Source of the DNA: Pecten maximus
Taxonomy: Eukaryota
Direction of reading: 5' to 3'
DNA length: 64,000 bases
Assembly (NCBI RefSeq): GCF_902652985.1
Contig: NC_047015.1
Span: forward strand, 21,080,001-21,144,000
The stretch's first letter is position 1; each line of letters starts with the position of its first letter. The notes beneath the pieces are model-generated. The model ran no database searches. It was not told the origin of the DNA and was given only the letters and a program-made list of their open reading frames with translations. The position numbers and the translations under genes are program-made. Positions 13,836 through 27,065 of this stretch are shown piece after piece.

Positions 13836-14381
13836 ATGTATATATCACAATGTTCGGTACTGACATTGGCCCGTACTGACAAATTGTTATTTATATAAAT
13901 GTATATATCACAATGTTCGGTACTGACATTGGCCCGTACTGACAAATTGTTATTTATATAAATTTATATATCACAATGTTCGGTACTGACATTGGCCCGT
14001 ACTGACAAATTGTTATTTATATAAATGTATATATCACAATGTTCGGTACTGACATTGGCCCGTACTGACAAATTGTTATTTATATAAATGTATATATCAC
14101 AATGTTCGGTACTGACATTGGCCCGTACTGACAAATTGTTATTTATATAAATGTATATATCACAATGTTCGGTACTGACATTGGCCCGTACTGACAAATT
14201 GTTATTTATATAAATGTATATATCACAATGTTCGGTACTGACATTGGCCCGTACTGACAAATTGTTATTTATGTAAATGTATCACAATGTTCGGTACTGA
14301 CATTGGCCCGTACTGACAAATTGTTATTTATATAAATGTATCACAATGTTCGGTACTGACATTGGCCCGTACTGACAAATT
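13836..14381. repeat. Minisatellite, 63-bp unit (ATCACAATGTTCGGTACTGACATTGGCCCGTACTGACAAATTG...), ~8-9 copies
   Basis: Near-identical units; 21-aa periodicity in the ORF track. Confidence 0.97.
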
Positions 14382-14961
14382 ATTGTGATGCCAACCCTGT
14401 AATAATCTCATGGTACAGCATTCTCGGCAAAGAATCCTTTCAAACCTCTAGGCAGCATCCAATGGATGAAAAGAGTTCATGCTGTTTTTGTAGATAGGTA
14501 ATATACTTTTAAAAAGTCATTGCATTTCCTACAAAATGTTGTATCTTAATATTTACGAACAGTTTTTCATGTAGCATGTTGCATCGTAATATATTCAAAT
14601 AGCCGTATCCTCCACAAAATCTAATGTCCGATATTGGTAAACAGAGTTGTACTCCCTACATGACGCTATTCTAATATTTGTGAATACCAACTCCAGAATG
14701 CTGTCCAGAAAGTGTTTTAAAGATGGTTGATGCACATCATCTAATATTTTGATAAATAGGTTGCATACACTACAACATTTTTATCAGTTGATAACTGAAT
14801 ACTCGTTATGTGGTTGTTATTATTTTACTCCAAACACTTTTATATTTATCGGATAAAATATAACTATACAGGGTACACTATTTTCATTGTAATTAACCCT
14901 TTATCGTCCGACATTTTAATTGATCGTTATGACCCCTTACTTCTGTTATTTTTTCACTTAC

Positions 14962-15165
14962 AATTTACCCTTTACTGTGTAATATTTTACCCTTCACTGT
15001 GTAATATTTTACCCTTTACTGTGTAATATTTTACGCTTTACTGTGTAATATTTTACCCTTTACTGTGTAATATTTTACCCTTCACTGTGTAATATTTTAC
15101 CCTTTACTGTGTAATATTTTACCCTTTACTGTGTAATATTTTACCCTTTACTGTGTAATATTTTA
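14962..15165. repeat. Minisatellite, 22-bp unit AATATTTTACCCTTTACTGTGT, ~9 copies
   Basis: Visible array. Confidence 0.95.
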
Positions 15166-15229
15166 ACTGATCATTATAACCATACTACCTGTTACATTGT
15201 GATCCGCTGTATCATATACAACAAATTAT

Positions 15230-15625
15230 ATTCAATGCATTGATTTATACTATGCAATGTCGGCTATTCAATACATTGATTGTGTTCTATACAAAGTAAA
15301 ATATTTGATACATTACATTATAATATGTATAATAGGTACAGTGCAATGAATATTTATGCATTGTCTTTATTCTATACAATGTTGAATATTTAATTAATTG
15401 CATTCTATACAATGTTAAATATTTAATTCATTGCATTCTATACAATGTTGAATATCTAATACATTGTATTATATACAATGTTGAATATCTAATACACTAT
15501 ATACAATTTAGAATAAATTTTCATTACAGTGTAAATATAATTTACAATAGTTACATTGTCATACAATGTTTAATACATTGACTATTCTATACAATGTAGA
15601 ATATTTAATACGTTGACTATATTCT
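15230..15625. repeat. Old degenerate AT-rich tandem repeat (core ATTCTATACAATGTTGAATATTTAAT)
   Basis: Recurrent TATACAATGT/AATATTTAAT/CATTG motifs at roughly 33-bp spacing. Confidence 0.75.
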
Positions 15626-18600
15626 AAAAAGTACCTCGCTATACACATCACTTGATCCCTTATCAGTCAATAAGGAGCTGGGTTTAATATATATATTTCA
15701 TCTTGTGACAATTAATTTAAGGCACGATCAAACAGAGGCGTCCAAATCTTCAATGCAATTATGTTCTAATAGAATTTTTACAGGTGGCGAGAAAATCTGT
15801 ACAGTATTATTATAAACTAGCTTCACATTGAAAACAGCGTTTCGTTTGTTTGGCATCAAAGCATGTTCCTCAGTAAGAAATAACAGATTGTAACTGGAAA
15901 TACAAACATTCGTATCTGATATCAGGGTGAGAATAAATCGAGAAGAAGTGTTCCCTAGTACAAGATGGAGAGACGTGAAGATACACGGATGGGGCGATGT
16001 TGTGTTACTCCGGGTTATCACAGACGGATACTCAGTTTCCGTGTCGATAGCCTCTTCAAAATATACGAAGACTATTGAGGACGCCTACACTAGCAGATAG
16101 CAGTAAGCTTCTCTTGCCTGTTTGACATTACGGAATTGGCCGATATTTTAAACCCATCTTCACATTATGGCAACTTTACAATATTTTAGAAAGCATGGAA
16201 CAAATCTTTCTGGATTCTCTAAATGCTATGAAATTACTATAATTTATTTAGAGAAAATCATCGCATCAAGTTCTTAAAATAAAATACACCCATAGGCCTA
16301 CGAAAATTACTTAAACGTGATCATTGTTATCGCAAGAGTCACAGAACTGGCTTTCTATCGTCGAGCTCAATTCACTCTTCCACCAAACCCTAATCACGGG
16401 AAATTATATTCAAATTTTATTCGCAGTTTATATTTAATATATTAAAATGGAAATTTAAAAGATTTATTGGTGGCTGAAATATGACTATCATAGTGATACA
16501 ATTATCTTCAAAGGAAGTGCTTTCTTGTCATCCATTCATTACGTATCTGTGTTTCTATCTGCCAGCACCTCAAGTGTGTAGGACGAGGTTCAAATCGTGT
16601 CATCTCTGATTTTTAATTCTGATAAGACGTCACAATATATCGTCATACAATAAAAACAGTATATATAGAAGTGAGAATTTGTCAGTAAGTTCATTTACAA
16701 GTAAATAACGGTTGGTTTCCCGAGAAATAGTCCATACCTTTTTTTTGTGAGATAAATCTTTTTAAAAAAAAATTAGTTTTTTATTTGAACTGTGGAAGAA
16801 AACGTGTGCTGACAATTGAATGGGAGGTGTTTTAGAGGTGTACGGAATGCTGTGACGGACTTAGTCTTGGCACGTCATTACACGGCGTACCTCCTAATGT
16901 CGTAGGCCGTAATCGGGGATTACAGAACGCGCTGACACCTGGGAGCTAACACTATTACCGGAAACACATTTGGTGTGAAAACCTGTTAGGGGACACTGCT
17001 TTAAGACAGCCAACAATGGTGGATTACTACATCTAAGTCGTGTTTATTTCTATCGTACGGCATTTGCATTAACAGTGCTATGTAAACAAAATCACACGAC
17101 GTAGTTATCAGACGGGATTTGCGACAATTAAAAATAAATGCTTAATCACGTATATTTGTTCTGATGTACAATATCAAAATTCAAACAAATTACATATATA
17201 TTTTAATTATGATCTATTTTATTTTCATAGTAATGTTTAGCTTTTGAAAACAATACATGTTTAGTGTTTTGGAGTAATTGGCGTGATGGTGTAATGGCAG
17301 TGTACTATGTATTGTTAACTATCGGAGACACGGTCAGGTATCGGGCTCTGTGAGTCAGCGAAACGCTCAAATGGCTGTAAGTCAGGCAACGAAAATTCTT
17401 ACCGTTAATTGGAAGCCTTCATCAGTGACCGACGGTAACACTGGTAGAACATCTATCAGGCTTACAGTGCACACTCAAGTCAACTACTTCTCAATACATT
17501 GGCTAACAGTACACTAACATTTGTCATTCCGCAAACAGCTCAAGCAATTGTCTATTGTATATGATTAAAAACCAAAACGCCGCTTTTTATGGACATCTTT
17601 AAAGACTCCTCTATCATGTATATTTTTTACTGTAATAAATAAATGTAAATTGGATAAAGAAATATATGATAGTAGATGTAAAATCCTGACGTATGGGAAC
17701 TCTTGGCTCGGTGATACCATCAGGCGAGTCTCAAGTTCGGAGGTAAAAACATATAAATTACATATCGTAGAACTGAAATCAACATTTATTTATATATCAT
17801 AGCCAGTAAAAACAGACTGGTGTATGGTAGTGTTATGGGCGACACAGCCCAACGAAAATACGATAATGTCCATTGAAAATATGTGGAAGTATGAAAAAAC
17901 ATTTTCCTTTAAAGATTTTGTGTATATTTTTACTGGGGCATTATAAACAACTATATTCTGCATGTGGCCTTCATGACACTTGGCTTATGTCGATAAGACT
18001 ATTGTTCAAATCTAATCTCAACATGCTATTTATCAAACACTTATTTCGTTGTTTTTGTCCTTCCTGTAGCCAGAGCACCTGTATCTTGGTAAAGATTACG
18101 ACGGGAGATGGGGCTACACTATTTAAACCAACTCAAAATTTTACAACTTAGAAAAAGAATTTATCTATATTCATTAAAATATAAATCAGTTCTGTGCTGG
18201 ATTTACTTTGAAGCGCGGGCCGTTATTCGTAACCGCACGGGACGAGAACGTCCAGACGAAAACTGTCATACCTCTGTCACATAAAATGACAGTCGAATTA
18301 AAATGAACTCCGAAGGATTATGATTTTTATCTTTTTTTTTTTTAGAAATAATTATTGCATCACGTCTTATCTATGGTGCTTTATTCTAACTTATAATTCA
18401 TTGTAAATTGATTAACAAACTAATTTATAATTTGTCAAGAATTTCAGTCTCTTTTTTTCTGTAAAAACATACAATATGCCAAGACTTTGAAACATTACAC
18501 ATAAATTAATTGATACATAATTTCATATTACATATTTCTCTTTTTGTATTATACAATGAAAAATACTGTCATCAGAGTAAGCCCTACTTCTGTATATTTG

Positions 18601-18767
18601 TAACTTATACACTAATTTTAATGTAGCACATGAGCAGAAAACTCGTTATGTAATTTATTGTCAATATGTATTCGTTCTCCTCTGGACAGTTATTCCTAAA
18701 TACATAGTTGCGCTACAAATTAAAAAAAAAAAATACAAAGAAAAAAACGTTTTCTTTATGCACTTAC

Positions 18768-19767
18768 CTACACACTCGTTAGCATCCTTATTGTTTGCCC
18801 GGGCCCACGGGCGGTCAGAATGGAAGGCCTTACATTTCTCGCAGTCGTAGCCCGCCGTGTTATGTTTACAGTCACACTCCAGACGCCCCTCTCGGTTTTC
18901 GATGCATTTGGAAGCATGTCCGTTGCACTTGCACCTTCCCCCGACCGCAAAGTCCGATAGCGCGTAGTAGTAGCTTTTCCTCGCAGCCTCGTCATTCGAA
19001 CTCTCGTCCCCGAACGTGTTCAGTTTACTGAAAATAACCATGATGTCTGTTGCCGTCACCCAGTCTTGTAGGATAGGACTGTTGTCGAAATCGTAGGCGG
19101 AGGGTCGCCCCTCCAAAGTGCTGAAGGCTACACGAGCCCCGGACAGGGGTTCGATATCACTGTACGCTTCCGTACATAGGGCATCCTGTTCGTTCGCCTT
19201 AGTTATGACAGCTCGGGGAGATTTGGAATACATCTTTTTACATGCGTTTGAATAATATTGGAATGGTACCCACGTATTTCCGTAATCCACACTTTTATAA
19301 ATGGCCATTGATGCAGGCCTGGCGGAACAAAACTGTAAACTTATATACGTCATCTCATATTTTTTGTTTAAAGATAATTTGAGGGTGACATTTTGAGGAT
19401 ACTGAACGTACGTGTCGGACATCCAGCACGTGACATTGTTTGGATTATTCAAGTCAGTTAGATAAGACGCAGGATGCTGCCTCTTTGGGTGGTTGGCATC
19501 ACAGATAAAACAGTTCCGAATGATCCCACTGTCCTTTCCCAGAGTTGACTTACAGTACTGACTTGCAGGTGCCCCGCACGTGCTTGACGCGTAAACCTCC
19601 TTTGCGAACGCTGCATTGACGAAATCGGGTACGCACCGGGTGGGTTCTCCGCGATCGTCGTAGCAGGGGTCCGGGTTGGTGGGTTGTTGGAACATGTTCA
19701 GGTAGGAAGGGGAGGCCATTATGAAATGGGTACTTAGAAAACTCAGTAGTAATGTTATTCTATACAT
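18768..19767 (-). CDS. NTN1: Netrin-1/UNC-6-like axon guidance protein, first coding exon (signal peptide, laminin N-terminal domain VI, LE1)
   Basis: Netrin motifs [88 protein letters not shown] and [21 protein letters not shown]. Hydrophobic signal peptide after AAAAATG at 19767. Donor G|GTAAGT with the exon ending at 18768 (1000 nt, phase 1). In-frame ATGs also occur at 19800 and 19839. Confidence 0.96.
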
Positions 19768-20440
19768 TTTTAACGACAGTTTAGATTTTTCGGTTCTCAT
19801 TCCAAACTTGGCTCCATGTACAATAGCAACTACGTACATATATTTACGCTACTATTCACAATCATTCATAACTCTTTTGATTAAATCAATTTTATAAAGA
19901 ATTGGCGATAACATAGATTTGATCTCTGTAGCTACCCCCAGTTACACATGATGAGAGATGGCCGTCCGCAGTACTCTCAGTCGGACAGGGATTACCCTGT
20001 TACATCCCAATACGACACTAGTGACCACTCGCCACCTTCTCATGCTCCCGCCACGTGCGGAGGAGATCCCGCGATAGTCATGTTTCCGAGTCCGAGAATT
20101 CCACAATTATAGTATCCACGTTTATCAGGACTATATCTGTTGGTTCCACGAGTTTGTTTGATAACTCACAGTGCTGTAATTAGTAAAATAGCACGTTAGT
20201 TTGAGGAGATAAGTGCACTCCGTGACAGTGGTATATTCCGTAGCTACGATGACTGGGAGGGCCTATAACGGTCTAGGCCTCAACTGCTACATACGATTCC
20301 ATGTCAGATTCCCAACACCGTGGATGTGAAAGTCATGAAACACTCTATCAAGCGGCACTGTGCAGGGCAATTAGACCACGAATAGGATTATACGGCATAT
20401 AGCTTTGGTGGCTTTCTAGACCTGTGAACGTAAACCCTTT

Positions 20441-20480
20441 CTTGTTATCTGGCCCCGCCCAGCCCTGCCAATCAAAGGGG
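20441..20480 (-). promoter_or_regulatory. Candidate netrin proximal promoter cluster (GATA, GC box, CCAAT box, TCF/LEF-like site)
   Basis: TTATCT 20445-20450, GGCCCCGCCC 20451-20460, GCCAATC 20467-20473 and ATCAAAG 20471-20477, about 0.7 kb upstream of the ATG in a CpG-richer, repeat-free stretch. Confidence 0.5.
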
Positions 20481-23062
20481 TTCGCAACCTCAAAGCTGTG
20501 CTCACAGGCGATGTACCCGCTAGGCCCAGCCCACATTCAACAGACTCGCGGTAGTATCACCATTGTTACAATTAAAATCATTATATACAGTTATTCCTTT
20601 ATAGAACAATGTACCGAGACAGACTGTGTACATTTACGTCATAATACTACCCGTCAACAATAGCAATAACAGCATAGTGTTTACATAGGGCCAAATACCG
20701 GAATATATAACGTGTTTATTTCTGTACATTCTAAAAATAATATTCCATATCACCTGTAGAATGTGATATGTATCCCTCACGTGTGACGAAGTACAGACCA
20801 GTCAGACACCTGAATCAATACCACCATATCGAATATCGGTAAAAATGTACGGTCATTTACCCTACCCTACAGGTAATGTGTATCAATGATCCCCTCCCCA
20901 CCTCGCCCGCTCCCATCTACTAAATCTCCTCTCCCCCCCCTCTCCCATCGGTCTGCTAATTTCCTCCGCCTCAAGTTTTCTGCCCCCCCCCCCCCCCCCC
21001 CCCCCCGTCCCCCACTCCTCCCCCACTCCCTCGTCAGAATACCCGGTTTACATCACCGGTGACGAAATATCCGTATTACATGCTTGGTGCAACCACAATG
21101 GAAGTTTTTTTTAAACATTTATTTAATGTTGAAATGTATCCCAGTGAATTTTTTAATGAAATGAACAGATTTAATTCAAATTACGTAATCAAATACTCTT
21201 TATGAGGTGTTTACAAACTAAACGGATTACTTAAACAGATATACAAAGTAGATGCAATATGTAAAATAAACATTTCAAGGAAAATCGTTCACAAAGTAAA
21301 TTTTAAAATTTAAACGAAATCTAATTGACTTAAATTGATTTTAATTCAAATGTTAATTTCCTGTTCCTGTTATACTGCGGTATGCTGAATAAAATTTCTA
21401 CTTTACTAGTCAAAGTTGCTTTTAAGTTTATCAATCTGGGCTATCTTTAATCAGAGATCTCAATATCAGGAGTAGACCTATTCAAAAGAGTCGTTTGTAT
21501 TAAGGGGGGAGTTGGGGAGGTGATGGGAGCAGGACTAGTGTGTGGCCACAAAGGTTAGCCTTTGTTGACAGATACATCAGTACCCCTATAAAGGGGGCAG
21601 TGACGGGGAAAATTTGGTCTGTATTGAGAATAAAGAGTTGGGGGCAGGCAGGGAGAACACAAGACAGGGTTTCGGCTTTTGTAAGTGTCATGGCAGCACA
21701 TGGACGCGCTAGGGAATTTCAATTTAGTGACGAGGAATGTATATCACATATTCATCTTATATTCAGAAAATTGTAAATTTATATTCATATGTGGGGTGTA
21801 TGATGACAAAGCAAGTCCTTTACAGTGATAACGATATTCTACAAGAAACGAAATATACAAAGTTAATGGAACGGAAAGCGAGTACGGACGTTGTGGTGAA
21901 TTGTTTTTACACATTCTCCGAAGAACACCAGTGTTTGACTGTAATGATAAAGTTAGGTTTATTTCAATAGTTTCCACACCAAGATAAGTATTTGGGTGAT
22001 AAATTTTGTCGAGGTAAACAAATATTAGCACCTCCTTGAGTGGATACATGTTTAAACTGCCGTCGACATCGATAATGCCACTCCAGCGGATCTCGTTCCA
22101 CAGATAGCTGTCGATAACGATGTGAAATCGATATATTGATCATTAGTAAGGTTAAGCCTGGGGTGTTCCTCTATACCCGTCCTATGTATCACCAAAGGGG
22201 TTTATGTTGCGTAATGAACTTACCGGTCGGATTCCGTTACACTTATAGGTGTTGAATTCATTTACTTTTCCATTCACGGACATAATTAGCTAGCAGGCTA
22301 ATTCCCGCCGAACAGTAGCAGTGATTACGACGCGGAATATAGACCCATTCATACCTGTAATCTAGATCAAACATGTCTCAGCCAGGACAGGTGTGTATCC
22401 AGATCTCACACCTGTGCCCACTTCTGGCCGAAGATTAAACAGGAGCCCAGTAAAGTGAATGTGAGAGGGAAGAAAACAACTTTCCTTGGGCGATTAATGG
22501 ACATAATCCAGTGGTACTCATAAACCCGACCACTTATACTAAACACATTCCATTAGATTAACTGCCAATATAACAATAGTAATAGTAACAGGCAATGAAA
22601 ACATAATTAGAATGACTTAGAAACGCCCGGATGTATCACGACGGATCGTTAGCTAATTCGGTTAGGTTTGTGTAAACAACGATTTATCCTAATTAGCATT
22701 AGAAGACAATTTCTGAACAGGATTATAACTCTTTTGAAATAGAGGCGTGAAAAATACTTCCGGATATGCGTCATCAGTGCTGATGCGGATCAAATGTTAT
22801 TTTCGTTGACAGTCATCGATTATCATAAAACTAACATAGTCAGAGATTGGCAAGCCGAGATGTGTGAATTGATGTGAATACAACAAAATACATTATTTAA
22901 AACTATCTGGTCTCAGTTTAATCAATTTTGCGTATATAACTTAAAGAAATTCCTAATCTTGAGAAAATACATAGCATTACAGAATCTAAGGGGAGTTCAT
23001 CAACTAGGATTTTCCCTCAATCCAGCAGTACCTTTCGATGGAAAATTTTAAGTTAATGCATT

Positions 23063-23093
23063 CAGGGACATATATTCTTATTATATGTCCTTG
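23063..23093. mobile_element. 31-bp hairpin, probable minimal TIR-element remnant
   Basis: CAGGGACATATA-7 nt-TATATGTCCTTG (11/12 match), flanked by ATGCATT/ATGCAGT. Confidence 0.45.
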
Positions 23094-24531
23094 ATGCAGT
23101 TAATAAAAATGGATCAAAAGTGAACGAAAAAGAAAAAATAAAGTTAAAAAATTAATTGAAACAGTTTATGACAGATAGATACAGAATATTAATTACAGCA
23201 GATACTATGTTATTTTTGTCCCTGGTTAGAGATGTCCATGTTTACGCCCAGTAGGTGTGACGATTATACGGAGACACGCCTGTGTCTCCACCAGGTCCAG
23301 TCGAGGCTTTGATGGGGTGAAAGAGCACATGTAACGCGTGCTGGGTAATAACTTTCCGGCGATTCTGGGTCAACTACAACACAACTTGGAGTACCCCACT
23401 GTCAGGGACGTATACGGGTATTACACACTTAATGCATAATATATCTGACTAGTGTCATTGCAAGTCACGATTTTACATACAACATGACGTTAAGTATTGG
23501 CCTGATGCATGTCGCCATCGCACCGTGCCCAGATAAGAGAAATATCACAATAATACAACATCGTCAAGATGAAACGTCACTGTGAAGGTAGGGTGTTAGG
23601 GCGTACTCAGTATTGGACGGCGTGCTAGAGCTTTACATCCAAAAGTCATATTGCGCGCTGCGACTGTACATATTAAATACTTCATACACATTTTGCTGTC
23701 TTATATAGAATATTATTACATTTAAACTGTAATATGTTGATAACGTGACCCATATTGACGACGAATTATTGTTGTCTTCATGACTACAATTATGACGTTA
23801 TATCAGACACATATTGAATAGGAAAATCAATTTCTACAAGTTTTTGTTTTGACATTGTTATGAGAATGTAAAATTAACATGAAACCAGTGACAAGAGACA
23901 TACTTTATGACGCCAACAAGGTAGTATGTTCTTTGCAAACTGCGTTCATACTACCGTATACTGCATAAATATGGCGTTCAACCCTATATTTACATCCCGC
24001 AATTAGTTATCATAAACATGTAAGTTATTTAAATTTTGGCCGATCGGCCTAGGTGAAAGGCGATAGTTTTCCCATTGGGCCACCCGACCACCTTGTTGGT
24101 GACCAGATGGCGCAGAAAAATTCAAAGTTTGGTGCAATGATAGCTGTGTTCGGGAGGTTTGGTTCCCTTCGCGATGAATTCACTTCTATATTTAGTATAT
24201 ATACTACTTATGCCTATTTTTTACTTTCATTTTTTATTTGGTTCATTTGAAATATCGCCATACTGGCAGCTTTTTAGGGTTTGTTATGTCGCGTACTGAC
24301 ACACTTCCTGGTAGTGATGCGGTTGAATGTTCTACCATGTTTCGTTGGCGGATTGGAATACAAAGTTTAGGTGCATTTCCGTTGTGTAGTTGGACGTTGT
24401 GGATGTCGAATGAATTACTTGGTTTCCATTATATTGTTGAAACCAAGCATTAATTATCATCATGTATGTGATGGTGGAATTTGATGAAAACATTACAATG
24501 TAATAGTTGATTGGTGTCATATTTGTTGTAT

Positions 24532-25022
24532 AAGTGGGTACCGGAAACGATCAACATGTTTAGTTTAGGTTTTATTTCATCCAAATGCAAAACAAGCATA
24601 TAGGGAACAGTACAAACATTTTCGTAATTATCATGACATAGACAAGCATAAGATGGCGGAGGACAATCTTACCATCAATACTAATGTACACCTACCTACG
24701 TTACATACCGGTGAATCCTGCCTCCGGAAGTGGGTACCGGAAACAAACAACACCTACCTAGTAACGTTACAGACTGGTGGATCCTGCCTCCGGAAGTGGG
24801 TACCGGACACAATCAACACCTACCTAGTAACGTTACAGATTGGTGGACCCTGCCTCCGGAAGTGGATACCGGAAACAATCAACAACTACCCAGTAACGTT
24901 ACAGACTGGTGGATCCTGCCTCCGGAAGTGGGCACCGGAAACAAACAACAACTACCCAGTAACGTTACAGACTGGTGGATCCTGCCATGTAGACAACAAA
25001 CACCTACCTAGTAACGTTACAA
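24532..25022. repeat. Minisatellite, 66-bp unit CGGAAGTGGGTACCGGAAACAAACAACACCTACCTAGTAACGTTACAGACTGGTGGATCCTGCCTC, ~5 copies, first unit interrupted
   Basis: Visible array; 22-aa periodicity in the ORF track. Confidence 0.93.
24557..24687 (-). mobile_element. Very short retroposon (LINE 3' UTR) insertion
   Basis: Minus strand ends AAATAAAACCTAAACTAAAC. It interrupts a 66-bp unit between ...ATCAACA and CCTACC, with ACA on both sides. Confidence 0.6.
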
Positions 25023-26454
25023 CTAACGAATGGAGGGATTCCACAATATCATTTCTATGATCAAGTAAGTTGAAACTGAGACGAGTGTAACAATATATAT
25101 GCAATCATATAAATTCAAATTTAATGACACTGGTCCGTTATTATGTGTGTGAAGTGACTCGTCGCCCTGGGGCCCGGGCCGTATCGGATGGACAGGATCA
25201 CTGCCTCAACACGGGTTACGTAGGAAGGAAAACAACAGAACCATACTCATTGTTGACAAACACAGTATGTCGAACTTAACTCTTTGTTCTCAGTCTCCTC
25301 ACCACAGAGGAAGGACGTGTCACCAGGCGCTTCGTCACCCGTCATGTCAAGACTTTGTGTCATAGATATCTAGTACTCTCCAGTGCGTTCACCTGGACGT
25401 GTCCTCTGCTTTGGGGAACACAACAAAAAACTAACGTGTTATCCAACGAAATTAAATGTGAATGAGAAACTTACAGCACGCAATTAACTTTTCATTAAGA
25501 GCGTAGCTGGCAATCGGGGTCCCTTACAAAAGTGACATATGACAGTGGTTCTCTGTATAAACCAAAAGGAATCTGTAAAACTACATGTAGTTTCAGTACA
25601 GACAAATTCAGTATATCAAAACATGATATTGGTTTAGTAATGTTTAACTTTTAAAGGCCCCCCTCCCCCCCCCTCCCCCCCCCCCCTCCCCCCCCCCCCC
25701 CCCCCCCCTCCCCCCTCGTGTGTGAGCAGCATGCGTCCAATCACCGATCAACATGAGAAAATCTAGGGTGTCTCATTAGTAATTTGTCAGGGTTAATCAA
25801 CAAATTGTAGCGAACCCCACACTCGTGAAAACATTTTTTAAAATCAAAATGCCCAAATGATAATGTGTCCAATTACAATCTTCACGGTGCGTTGTAAACC
25901 TCAGGTGATACCTATTGACTATATCGTTCCTATTGTTAGTCAAACATGCAAGACATGAGGGCAGATTTTACCTCCATTTTCCATCGTAGCAATTTGGCAT
26001 ATACCGTGTGAAATTGGGCGATCCTACAACTGTACCAGTTCTGTTGTGTGTCCCCTACCTACTCGGTACGTGACTCAATTGCAGATGACGGGAACAGAGA
26101 TGCCGGGCATGGTTTGAACTAAACAATGAACCGCCTCAATGAAATATGTACGGTTTGGGGATCAAAACATCAACTTAAACAGGTATTGTTTAGTGTTTAC
26201 ATACAATTATATTGTATATATGGGGAGTAATTATCTTTATTTATGTAGAACATTGCGAACACGATATGTGTTTGGTGACAGGTTGTTGAATACTGTTTCT
26301 TAAGTTACTATTTACAAACATAAATACATAACATATCACCATAGCATTATGGAAATGTGCCCACACACGCTTTGTGACCATGCAGTTTAGGTGCAGTCTA
26401 AAACACTACTCTGATATTGACATTAGACATTTTTTACTCACATTCTTAAAAAAA

Positions 26455-27065
26455 AGTATAATAACATTGTCACATAATGTATAAATACTGTCGTACAATG
26501 TATAATATCACTGTCACACAATGTATAAATACTGTCGTACAATGTATAATAGCACTGCCATACAATGTATAAATACTGTCGTACAATGTATATCATTACC
26601 ATACAATGTATAAATACTGTCGTACAATGTATAATATCACTGACACAATGTATCAATACTGTCGTGCAATGTATAATGTCGCTGTCATACAATGTATAAA
26701 TACTGTCGTACAATGTATAATATCACTGTCACACAATGTATAAATACTGATGTACAATGTGTGATATCACTGTCACACAATGTATAAATACTGTCGTACA
26801 ATGTGTGATATCACTGTCATACAATGTATAAATACTGTCGTACAATGTATAATATCACTGTCATACAATGTATAAATACTGTCGTACAATGTATAATATC
26901 ACTGTCACACAATGTATAAATACTGATGTACAATGTGTGATATCACTGTCACACAATGTATAAATACTATCGTACAATGTGTGATATCACTGCCATACAA
27001 TATATAAACACTGTCGCACAACGTACATGTATATCTGTGACACAATATATCAGCATTGTCGTACA
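26455..27065. repeat. Minisatellite, ~44-bp unit (21+23 subunits) AATGTATAAATACTGTCGTACAATGTATAATATCACTGTCACAC
   Basis: Visible, moderately diverged array. Confidence 0.93.

Noticed and set aside
18661-18767. Read-through C-terminus of the netrin ORF (GKCIKKTFF...)
   Set aside because: Netrin similarity stops exactly at a consensus GTAAGT donor; the remainder is T-rich intron sequence.
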